This document shows, one piece after another, positions 26,810 to 34,901 of a stretch of DNA of 64,000 bases. The position numbers and the translations under genes were made by a program. Under the pieces are notes generated by a model. It saw only the letters and a list, made by a program, of their open reading frames with translations. It was not told the origin of the DNA and did no database searches. The DNA comes from a virus (lineage: Duplodnaviria > Caudoviricetes): positions 870 to 64,869 of the IMG/VR virus record IMGVR_UViG_3300011115_000183; one strand, given 5' to 3'. Numbering within the stretch: the stretch's first letter is position 1; the number at the start of each line of letters is the position of its first letter.

Positions 26810-27495
26810 ACTACACGACGTTGTATAACACGATTCAGACATACACGGAGAATCAGTTCCCCGACGTATACCTTGCAAGTGGTAGCACTGTTTCTGCAAC
26901 TACGCAGATCGACACGTTTATCACGCAAGCTGAACAACGTATATACAACACGGTTCAGTTTCCATCGCTGCGTAAAAACGTGCAGGGGACAATTACCGGC
27001 AGTAACAAGTACCTAGCTTGCCCAAATGATTTCTTGGCTGTGTATTCGATTGCGGTTGAGACTACTGACGGGCAGGTGTTCTTACTCAATAAAGACGTGA
27101 ACTTCATTCGTCAGGCTTATCCCAAGGCAACTGATCTGGGAGTTCCAGCGTACTATGCGTTGTTTGGCCCCCAGTCTTCGGCTGAAAATGAATTGACATT
27201 TATTATTGGCCCAACCCCCGACGCAAGTTATACGACTGAGCTTCACTACTATTACTATCCTGAGTCCATCACCACCGTATCTGGCGGGCAGACATGGCTT
27301 GGGGACAATTTTGATACCGTTTTGTTGTACGGTTCATTGGTTGAAGCTATTACCTTTATGAAGGGTGAAGTAGACATTGTGATGGGCTACGATGCCAAGT
27401 ACAAAGAAGCATTGATGCTTGCCAAACGTCTGGGCGATGGCATGGAACGTCAGGACGCTTACCGGTCTGGGCAATTTAGACAGGCGGTGACCTGA
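26806..27495 (+). CDS. second head-tail adaptor-like protein
   Basis: MNYTTL, FITQAEQRI, GPTPD, LLYGSLVEA motifs. Confidence 0.75.
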   Translation: MNYTTLYNTIQTYTENQFPDVYLASGSTVSATTQIDTFITQAEQRIYNTVQFPSLRKNVQGTITGSNKYLACPNDFLAVYSIAVETTDGQVFLLNKDVNFIRQAYPKATDLGVPAYYALFGPQSSAENELTFIIGPTPDASYTTELHYYYYPESITTVSGGQTWLGDNFDTVLLYGSLVEAITFMKGEVDIVMGYDAKYKEALMLAKRLGDGMERQDAYRSGQFRQAVT

Positions 27496-27917
27496 TGGCT
27501 TTTACAGGAAACTGGGCGTGCGACGTCTTCAAAACAGGATTGATGAACGGAACGTTCAACTTTACGTCTGGCTCGTTCAAGATTGCCTTGTACACCAATG
27601 CAGCCACGCTTGATACCACTACCACGGCTTATACGTCTACGGGCGAAGTTGTGGCTTCAGGGTACACGGCTGGTGGGCTGGCTCTCACGATTGCGCAGAC
27701 TCCGACAGTAGGCAACTCTGGTACAACAGCGTATATTTCGTTTAACAATGCAGCTTGGACTTCTTCGTTGACAGCGCGGGGTGCATTGATATACAAAGCG
27801 GGTGCAGATGGTGCTGTTTGTGTATTAGACTTTGGGGCTGATAAAACCTCAAATACAACATTCACAGTGCAGTTCCCCAATCCCTCAAACACTTCAGCAA
27901 TCATAAGGATCTCGTAA
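27495..27917 (+). CDS. virion structural protein, paralog of 28124..28585
   Basis: FKIALYT...TTAY...EV...GYTAGG pattern. Confidence 0.8.
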   Translation: MAFTGNWACDVFKTGLMNGTFNFTSGSFKIALYTNAATLDTTTTAYTSTGEVVASGYTAGGLALTIAQTPTVGNSGTTAYISFNNAAWTSSLTARGALIYKAGADGAVCVLDFGADKTSNTTFTVQFPNPSNTSAIIRIS

Positions 27918-28111
27918 TGGCTCTTGTCACGACAACCAAAGGCGAAATGGATGAATCCCTTCTTGAAAGAAAAGAAGGTGAGGAAGACAACGAACATGAA
28001 AATATCAAATGGGTAGAGTATTGGCTGGATGGCGAATGTGTTCATCGTTCAGTTGATATGGTTCTGAAACAAGCCACCGTTGCCGGGTTCCCTGTGGCAG
28101 CAACTTTTTAA
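27917..28111 (+). CDS. small hypothetical protein (TTKGEMDES...WVEYWLDGE)
   Basis: TAATG coupling. Confidence 0.8.
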   Translation: MALVTTTKGEMDESLLERKEGEEDNEHENIKWVEYWLDGECVHRSVDMVLKQATVAGFPVAATF

Positions 28112-28123
28112 CAAGGAAATATC

Positions 28124-28585
28124 ATGGCAAATACTCAAGCAATGTGCACATCGTTTAAAGTTGACTTACTCAACGCTGTTCACGCATTCAATGCAACGGG
28201 CATTCCAGCTCACACTGTTGCAACCGCAGATACGTTCAAAGCTGCTCTATATGTAACCACGGCAACCGTCAATTCGACTACAACCGCGTACAGTTCAACC
28301 AACGAAGTTACAGGCACGAACTACACCGCTGGCGGTGTTACTGTTACTTTTGGCACTGCGCCGTCTTCTACTAGTACAACGGCGTTCATTACGCCGTCTG
28401 CGTCAATCGTGTACACCACTGTGACTCTGTCTACTTCGTTTGATGCTGTGTTGATCTACAACTCAACCCAGAGCAACAAGGCTGTCAGCGTCCACACTTT
28501 CACAGCACAAACTGTGACTGCTGGTACGTTCACTTTGACGATGCCTACCAACGATGCAACGACTGGTCTGATCCGCTTGGCTTAA
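28124..28585 (+). CDS. virion structural protein
   Basis: TQAMCTSFK, FKAALY, NEVTGTNYTAGG. Confidence 0.85.
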   Translation: MANTQAMCTSFKVDLLNAVHAFNATGIPAHTVATADTFKAALYVTTATVNSTTTAYSSTNEVTGTNYTAGGVTVTFGTAPSSTSTTAFITPSASIVYTTVTLSTSFDAVLIYNSTQSNKAVSVHTFTAQTVTAGTFTLTMPTNDATTGLIRLA

Positions 28586-28609
28586 CCCCCAAGCTACAGG
28601 GGGTAGCAT

Positions 28610-29491
28610 ATGTTTGGTTTATCCCCGTTTGCGGGGGCACCGTTTGCAGCACTTGGTTCAAGCCCCGATGTTACGTTAAGCGTGACAGGGAATGCTGCCA
28701 CCGGCTCAGTTGGGTCGGTAGGCACTACCCTCAATATTTCCCAAGCAATTACGGGCAATGCAGGAACAGGTGCGGTTGGGTCAGCTAGTCCGGTAATTTC
28801 TTTAGGAATCACAGGTAATTCAGCGACTGGTAGTGTGGGTTCGGTCGGGTCTACGAGATCTGGTAGTCTTGCTATAACAGGTAATGCGTCTACTGGCTCA
28901 GTTGGAACAGTAACTCCTTCAACCACAGTTTTACAGGCCATTACGGGCAACCAAGGTACTGGCTCAGTTGGATCAGTTGCGTTTACAAAAACAGGCAGCC
29001 TTGTTTTGACAGGTAATTCTGGTACAGGCGCGGTTGGTAACGTAAGTGCAACTGCCCCCGGCGCGGCGTCGCTGACAGGGAATGCAGCTACTGGCTCAGT
29101 TGGGTCAATGGACTTCACAAAAGATGGCGCGATTGCCATCACAGGTAATGCGGGAACTGGAGCAGTTGGGTCTGTGGCTATCAACAGAGGGGGGTCATTG
29201 CCGATTACCGGTGTCTCTGCAATTGGCAGTGTCAGTTCTATGATCCCGCAGCAGCCTTTGACAACTGTTTCTGCGACCGGTAGTGTTGGTAGCGTGACAA
29301 TCAGCGTATCTAAACAAATAACTGGAAACTCGTCAACTGGATCAGTTGGTACGGTAGGCACGCTTGTAACTTACACCGCAGCATTGACAGGTGTTTCTGC
29401 CGCAGGTAGCGTGGGTACTATGTCTGTGTATTACTGGAAACCGATTGACACCGCTGATACACCGAATTGGATTAATATACATACTGTATGA
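28610..29491 (+). CDS. repeat-containing fibre protein (about 20-aa ITGNxxTGxVGSV units)
   Basis: MFGLSPFAGAPFA start; about 13 repeats. Confidence 0.8.
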   Translation: MFGLSPFAGAPFAALGSSPDVTLSVTGNAATGSVGSVGTTLNISQAITGNAGTGAVGSASPVISLGITGNSATGSVGSVGSTRSGSLAITGNASTGSVGTVTPSTTVLQAITGNQGTGSVGSVAFTKTGSLVLTGNSGTGAVGNVSATAPGAASLTGNAATGSVGSMDFTKDGAIAITGNAGTGAVGSVAINRGGSLPITGVSAIGSVSSMIPQQPLTTVSATGSVGSVTISVSKQITGNSSTGSVGTVGTLVTYTAALTGVSAAGSVGTMSVYYWKPIDTADTPNWINIHTV

Positions 29492-29499
29492 GGTAAAAC

Positions 29500-30324
29500 A
29501 TGGCATTAGTTCTAAAAGATCGGGTACAAGAGACTACCACCACAACAGGTACGGGAACACTTACGCTTCTTGGAGCGGTGACGGGGTATCAAGCGTTTTC
29601 CGCAGTAGGTAACGCAAACACCACATACTACACAATTTCCAGTACATCATCTGAATGGGAAGTGGGTATTGGTACATACACTTTGTCAGGTACAACCCTC
29701 TCTCGGGATACCGTGCTTGCATCAAGCAACTCAGGTTCGCTGGTTACTCTTTCAGCGGGTACAAAAAACGTATTTCTGGTCTACCCATCAAGTCGGTCAA
29801 TCTACGCAGACGGCGCAGTACTCACAGCTACCAACAGCGCTATTCTGCCTACATCAGCAGGTGGTACGGGTAACAGCACAGGTTCAGCGACGCTGGTTGC
29901 CCAGACTGGTGCAGTAGTTACAGCAGCAACGTACTATCCTACATTTGTCGCAGCAAACACAACCTCAAACCAAGCGCACAACACTGCAACAGCCCTTACG
30001 TTTAACCCCAGCACGGGCGCTTTATCGGCAACCAGCCATGTGTCAAGCTCTGATGAGCGTAAGAAAACAAATTGGCGAGATCTGCCTGAAGACTTCATCG
30101 AGCAGCTTGCGCAGGTGAAGAACGGCATATTCGATCGTATTGACCAAGAAAACTCAGAAGTTGGCGTATCCGCGCAGTCGCTTCAAAAGGTTTTAAACCA
30201 AGCTGTTACCAAAGACGATGAAGGATTTCTATCTGTTATGTATGGCAACATCGCCTTGGTAGCTTGCATAAAATTGGCAGAGCGGGTCTTGGAGCTTGAG
30301 GCTAAATTAAAGGATAAACAATGA
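29500..30324 (+). CDS. tail fibre protein with C-terminal intramolecular chaperone (peptidase S74-like)
   Basis: KDRVQETTTTTGTG N-terminus; SSDERKKTN autocleavage motif; GVSAQ; terminal coiled coil. Confidence 0.85.
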   Translation: MALVLKDRVQETTTTTGTGTLTLLGAVTGYQAFSAVGNANTTYYTISSTSSEWEVGIGTYTLSGTTLSRDTVLASSNSGSLVTLSAGTKNVFLVYPSSRSIYADGAVLTATNSAILPTSAGGTGNSTGSATLVAQTGAVVTAATYYPTFVAANTTSNQAHNTATALTFNPSTGALSATSHVSSSDERKKTNWRDLPEDFIEQLAQVKNGIFDRIDQENSEVGVSAQSLQKVLNQAVTKDDEGFLSVMYGNIALVACIKLAERVLELEAKLKDKQ

Positions 30325-31172
30325 GCAGTTCATATTCATCAAGTCTACGAATTGAGCTTATTGGCTCAGGCGACCAAGCCGGTACGTGGGGTACAACTAC
30401 AGACAACAACCTTGCTTACCTTCTTGATACAGCGGTTGCGGGGTATCAGGCGGTCAGTGTCACGACTGCAAGTCAAGCCTTGACATACATCAACGGCGCT
30501 ACGGCTACTGCAAGTTTGAATCAGTCAGTTTATGCCTTGTTAAAGTTCACGACTACAACTGCGGCTACGTTTACTGTCTATGCTCCGCCCGTGTCCAAGA
30601 TGTACATCATCTACAACAACAGTGGGTATTCAATGACCCTCTACAACTCCACTGTTATTGGTAACACTACCCCGGCTGGTACAGGACTGACAATTCCCGA
30701 TAATGCAAAGTACGTTGCATTCAGTGATGGCACAAACTTCTATAAGACTGACTCAGGCACGGGTACGGTCACAAGCGTAGCTGTATCAGGCGGCACTACA
30801 GGTCTTACTGTCAGTGGTAGCCCAGTCACAACTTCAGGCACGATTACTCTGGCTGGTACGTTGGGTGTTGCCAACGGCGGTACTGGCGCTACGACTTTTT
30901 CATCTGGCGCACTGCTCAAAGGTGCAGGTGCTGGCGCAGTTACAACAGCAAGCGCAGCAGAAATCGTTGCACAAATCGGTGCAACTGCGGTCACGAATGC
31001 AACGAATGCAACGAATGCAACGAATGCAGCAAACTTGGTTACGACTAACTTTACCGTGCAAGAGTCTGGTGGCAAATTAATCATCAAGTATGGCGCTACA
31101 ACCATTCTGTCAGTTAATTCCTCTGGCGATGTTATATCTACCGGCACTTTCAGTGCTGGCGGCACACCTTAA
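30321..31172 (+). CDS. tail fibre / spike protein
   Basis: SSYSSSLRIELIGSGDQAGTWG start; GTVTSV, GTLGVANGGTG; TNA repeats. Confidence 0.8.
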   Translation: MSSSYSSSLRIELIGSGDQAGTWGTTTDNNLAYLLDTAVAGYQAVSVTTASQALTYINGATATASLNQSVYALLKFTTTTAATFTVYAPPVSKMYIIYNNSGYSMTLYNSTVIGNTTPAGTGLTIPDNAKYVAFSDGTNFYKTDSGTGTVTSVAVSGGTTGLTVSGSPVTTSGTITLAGTLGVANGGTGATTFSSGALLKGAGAGAVTTASAAEIVAQIGATAVTNATNATNATNAANLVTTNFTVQESGGKLIIKYGATTILSVNSSGDVISTGTFSAGGTP

Positions 31173-31181
31173 GGAGCAATC

Positions 31182-31826
31182 ATGGCAGTAACAGTAAGCG
31201 GTACAAACATTACGTTCAATGACGCGACTACGCAGTCAACTGCGGCTACGACTGGCTTTTCCAACATGGTTGTGATTACCACTACCAACGCTTCGTACTC
31301 AATCCCAGCAACCAAAATTAAAGTTACTGTTGTTGGTGGCGGAGGTGGTGGGGGTGGCCCAGGCGCACAAGGCGGTGGCGGGGGCGGGGGAGCAGTAATT
31401 CAAATATTTTCTGGACTCACCATTGGTAACACCTTGAATGTGACTGTTGGTGCGGCGGGGGGAACGACACCGACGGCTGGGGGTTCTTCCAGTGTTGCTT
31501 CTGGGACTCAATCTATTACAACTATTACCGCAACTGGAGGGGCGGCTGGTGATAACGTTGCAGGTGGGGCTGGAGGAGTAGGTTCTGGCGGTCTTTTAAA
31601 CATTGGGGGCCAAGGCGGCACGCAGGGCGGCGACACCGGCACAAGCCCTGTTATAAATGGAGGCGGCGCAGGCGGTAGTAGTATTCTCGGTGGTGGTGGT
31701 AACGGTACTTACGGTACTAACGGAGTTGCTGGGCGTCTTTATGGGGGTGGAGGTTCTGGGGCATCTGCTGGTGGCGGTGCAATCGGCGGCGCAGGCGCTA
31801 AAGGCGTTGTAATTGTGGAGTATTAA
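31182..31826 (+). CDS. glycine-rich tail fibre tip / adhesin, paralog 1
   Basis: VVGGGGGG...GAKGVVIVEY glycine-rich domain. Confidence 0.8.
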   Translation: MAVTVSGTNITFNDATTQSTAATTGFSNMVVITTTNASYSIPATKIKVTVVGGGGGGGGPGAQGGGGGGGAVIQIFSGLTIGNTLNVTVGAAGGTTPTAGGSSSVASGTQSITTITATGGAAGDNVAGGAGGVGSGGLLNIGGQGGTQGGDTGTSPVINGGGAGGSSILGGGGNGTYGTNGVAGRLYGGGGSGASAGGGAIGGAGAKGVVIVEY

Positions 31827-31827
31827 C

Positions 31828-32037
31828 ATGAAAAAAGCTTTAATCGCAACAAATGAATTAGTCAATCGTCCAGATGGAAAGACCGAGTGCCGTGTGGCTC
31901 AGGTCGAACCCGCAGACAAGATATTTGACGTTGCTGAAGGTCTATTCTGGGCTGACTGTGACGATGATGTAGTTGCAGATCGGTTCACCTACAACTTGTT
32001 TACAAAAGCTATTACGGCTATCCCTACAAAAGCTTAA
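31828..32037 (+). CDS. small fibre-associated (assembly chaperone-like) protein
   Basis: MKKALI...RVAQVE...FDVAEGLFWADCDDDV; follows the Gly-rich gene. Confidence 0.7.
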   Translation: MKKALIATNELVNRPDGKTECRVAQVEPADKIFDVAEGLFWADCDDDVVADRFTYNLFTKAITAIPTKA

Positions 32038-32046
32038 GGAGCAATC

Positions 32047-32682
32047 ATGGCAGTAACAGTAAGCGGCACAAATATCACATTCAACGATGCGACCACGCAG
32101 AGTACGGCTGCAACTACGGGCTTCTCCAACATGGTTGTATTGACTTCAACCAATGCTTCGTATTCAATTCCAGCAACCAAAATTAAACTTACGGTTGTTG
32201 GTGGCGGAGCTGCTGGTGTTACTCAAGGCGCTAGCGGAAGTTGTAACGTCACGGGAGTAGCAGGTGGCGGTGGCGGTGGCACAGCTATAAAAATTTTATC
32301 TGGTCTTACTATTGCTAATACATTAAACATTACGGTTGGTGCGGCGGGATCAAGCTCAACTGTTGCCTCTGGGACTCAATCTATTACCACCATAACCGGC
32401 GGGGCCGGAACCAGTGGTGGAGCTGGGGGTATAGGAACTAACGGAGATTTAAATATTAGAGGTGGCAGTGGCGCTCGGGGGGGTCAAGATGCTGGCAATT
32501 TTGGCGGAAATGGTGGTAACTCCTTTTTTGGTGGTGGCGGCCAAGGTGGCACTGGTAATGGTGGTGCAGGTGCCGCAGGTGGATTATATGGCGGCGGCGG
32601 CGGTGGCGGCACATCTCAATCAGCTCCCCCAAACGGTACTGGTGGTGCTGGGGGTCAAGGTGTTGTAGTTATTGAATATTGA
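32047..32682 (+). CDS. glycine-rich tail fibre tip / adhesin, paralog 2
   Basis: First 31 aa identical to paralog 1. Confidence 0.8.
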   Translation: MAVTVSGTNITFNDATTQSTAATTGFSNMVVLTSTNASYSIPATKIKLTVVGGGAAGVTQGASGSCNVTGVAGGGGGGTAIKILSGLTIANTLNITVGAAGSSSTVASGTQSITTITGGAGTSGGAGGIGTNGDLNIRGGSGARGGQDAGNFGGNGGNSFFGGGGQGGTGNGGAGAAGGLYGGGGGGGTSQSAPPNGTGGAGGQGVVVIEY

Positions 32683-32693
32683 TGGAGGAAAAT

Positions 32694-32942
32694 ATGGTTA
32701 AAACTTACGCATGGGTAAATAAATCAACTTGTTTGATTGAGAACATGATTATGTGGGACGGTGTTTCACCGCTCATGTTGCCAGATGGATATGAAGTTAT
32801 TGAAGCACCGGAATTCCACGGTGAACGGGGTTGGTTAGGTATTGGCTGGGCATATTCAAATGGTCAGTTTATTGAACCGCCAGCCCCACCTACTCCTCCT
32901 GTACAACAACTTACTGGTACAACACCTAATGTCATTGCTTAG
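32694..32942 (+). CDS. small fibre-associated protein (IENMIMWDG...GIGWAY.NGQF..P)
   Basis: GGAGG RBS before ATG 32694; tail fibre assembly-like pattern. Confidence 0.7.
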   Translation: MVKTYAWVNKSTCLIENMIMWDGVSPLMLPDGYEVIEAPEFHGERGWLGIGWAYSNGQFIEPPAPPTPPVQQLTGTTPNVIA

Positions 32943-33201
32943 TATTCCACTTAATACTGGAAAACTTTCCGGCGTGGTCTACACCTTTGAAAAGGTGGGG
33001 GACAAGTTGCCCATGCACACCCATACTAACGGCAATGCCCACATTACTATCGTAGCGCGGGGCAAGATCAAAGCGCATGGTAATGAGTGGGAAGCTGAGT
33101 ACAGTGCTGGTGCAGTCATTGACTTTCCAATAGACCAGAGCCATGAGTTCATTGCTTTGGAAGACGATTCCCGTGTTGTAAACATCATCAAGGGGCCGTA
33201 A
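32929..33201 (+). CDS. cupin-fold protein
   Basis: LPMHTH...HITIVARG and P.DQSHEFIALED are cupin metal-binding motifs; start inferred at MSLLS. Confidence 0.75.
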   Translation: MSLLSIPLNTGKLSGVVYTFEKVGDKLPMHTHTNGNAHITIVARGKIKAHGNEWEAEYSAGAVIDFPIDQSHEFIALEDDSRVVNIIKGP

Positions 33202-33888
33202 ATTGATCCAATCAGTATCCTCTTTGCCGCCAATGCCTGCGTCGCTGCTATCAAGCAAGGATGCAAGCTGTACAAAGACGCTAAAACGTCTTTCATGGAG
33301 GTCAAGAAAACTGTTGATGAAATTGTCTCTGATGCAAAGCAGGTTCGCAGTTTTTGGCAGAAGTTGTTCGGGACAGACTCCGAACCAGCCACGTCCAAGC
33401 CTGTGGAGAAAAAGAAAGAAAAGTTCGTTGCCGTTGACGAAACCCAAGTCATGGCAGACATTGTCAGCCAGCTTACAAAGCTGTTCAGGCTTGAAGAGCA
33501 GTTAGCAACGCACATCCGGGAGGAAGAAGAAAAGTCCAGAAACGTCTACGACCCAGATGCTAACTTGATGGAAGCTGCGTTACAAAGAGTAATGGCGCAG
33601 CAGCAGATGGCGGCGTTGATAGTGACGGTCAGAGAAACAATGGTGTACCAATCCCCGCCTGAGATGGGTGCGTTGTACAGCAAAGTGTTTGAGATGCGGG
33701 AGATCATTGGTCAGGAGCAGGAACAGGCGAGATTGAAGCAAGAAGCGCAGCAGAGGTACAAGCTATGGCAACGGCGGGAAAAGCAAAGAAGCTTCCAAGC
33801 AAAGTCAGCGTATCTAGTGGCGACTACTATATTCCTCCTGTATCTTTGGATGTGGCTCCTCCTCCTGAATCGGTGGGGGAAGACGTAA
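33202..33888 (+). CDS. coiled-coil protein with C-terminal TM; probable ATT start
   Basis: Frame open from ATT 33202 (IDPISILFAANACVAAIK) with AAGGGG SD; first ATG is 31 codons later. Confidence 0.7.
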   Translation: MDPISILFAANACVAAIKQGCKLYKDAKTSFMEVKKTVDEIVSDAKQVRSFWQKLFGTDSEPATSKPVEKKKEKFVAVDETQVMADIVSQLTKLFRLEEQLATHIREEEEKSRNVYDPDANLMEAALQRVMAQQQMAALIVTVRETMVYQSPPEMGALYSKVFEMREIIGQEQEQARLKQEAQQRYKLWQRREKQRSFQAKSAYLVATTIFLLYLWMWLLLLNRWGKT

Positions 33889-34049
33889 TGGGATGGGTTG
33901 CTGCTTTGATTTTGTTTGGCCTGATGCTCCCTCTGGGAGCAATGTTGTACATGGACATTTTGGAAGCCAAGCATGAGGTCAAGGCGCAAGTGGAAAAGGT
34001 TGAAAAGCTTAGGCGTGAAATTGAACAAAAGAAACGTGAGGAAAAATAA
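33888..34049 (+). CDS. small TM plus coiled-coil protein (lysis-module associated)
   Basis: MGWVAALILFGLMLPLGAMLY; TAATG coupling on both sides. Confidence 0.7.
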   Translation: MGWVAALILFGLMLPLGAMLYMDILEAKHEVKAQVEKVEKLRREIEQKKREEK

Positions 34050-34561
34050 TGTTACCTATCATTGCATCACTACTTGGCACTCTTGCTGAAAATGGGTTGG
34101 GGTTGCTGTCAAGCGCTATCCAAGCCAAAGGCAAAGAAGTCGTTGAGAATACTCTTGGCGTAAAGATCCCTGATGCGCCCACACCCGAAGATGTAGCTAA
34201 GCTGCGTGAGTTGCAGTTTACTCATGAGGAAAGACTTCTTGAGTTGGGTATTGAAAAAGCCAAAATGGAATTGGCTGAGATGCAGATGTTTGCAGATGCT
34301 GCCAAAGCAGATGCTCAGAACGTGACTGACCGCTGGACGGCAGATATGTCATCAGATTCATGGCTGTCCAAGAATATCCGACCCATGTCCCTGATTGCCA
34401 TTTTCTGCGGATATTTCCTATTTGCCATGATGTCGGCCTTTGGTTTGAATGCCAACGAGTCTTACGTCTCCTTGCTTGGGCAGTGGGGAATGCTTATCAT
34501 GGGTGCATACTTCGGTGGCAGAACCATCGAAAAGCTGGCTGAACTGAAAGGCAAAAAATGA
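34049..34561 (+). CDS. holin-like protein (3TM type)
   Basis: SDSWLSKNIRP, two TM helices, GAYFGGRTIEK; precedes the endolysin. Confidence 0.75.
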   Translation: MLPIIASLLGTLAENGLGLLSSAIQAKGKEVVENTLGVKIPDAPTPEDVAKLRELQFTHEERLLELGIEKAKMELAEMQMFADAAKADAQNVTDRWTADMSSDSWLSKNIRPMSLIAIFCGYFLFAMMSAFGLNANESYVSLLGQWGMLIMGAYFGGRTIEKLAELKGKK

Positions 34562-34899
34562 GCTTATCTGACGAACAAGCCGCATTCCTATTGGATGCCT
34601 GCAAACTCATCGCCTACGCCACTGCGTTAGGTTTTAAAGTCACAGGTGGTGAACTTGCCCGTACCCCAGAACAACAAGCTATCTATGTTAAGACAGGCCG
34701 GTCTAAGACCATGAAGTCCATCCACCTCAAGCGGTGCGCCATAGACTTGAACTTCTTTGCGGATGGGAAGATAATCTGGGACAAGGCAATCATTGCCCCG
34801 CTTGGGGCATACTGGGAGTCACTGCATCCGAAGAACCGCTGGGGCGGAAACTTTTCCAATCTTGTGGACTGCCCTCACTTTGAACGCAACGTGGGTTAA
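34558..34899 (+). CDS. endolysin, M15 family Zn peptidase
   Basis: R..EQQ, SIHLKRCAID, WGG, DCPHFE. Confidence 0.9.
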   Translation: MSLSDEQAAFLLDACKLIAYATALGFKVTGGELARTPEQQAIYVKTGRSKTMKSIHLKRCAIDLNFFADGKIIWDKAIIAPLGAYWESLHPKNRWGGNFSNLVDCPHFERNVG

Positions 34900-34901
34900 A
34901 A

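Noticed and set aside
28594-29361. Long antisense ORFs (also 17906..18475 and 62591..63259)
   Set aside because: Shadow ORFs of codon-biased or repetitive genes on the opposite strand; no RBS or recognisable motifs.
30992-31030. 9-bp tandem repeat as a phase-variation tract
   Set aside because: In-frame TNA repeats are common in fibre shafts and cannot shift the frame.
31182-32682. Paralogous Gly-rich genes as a DGR template/variable pair or an invertible cassette
   Set aside because: No reverse transcriptase or invertase; differences are not adenine-specific; both copies are intact and co-oriented.
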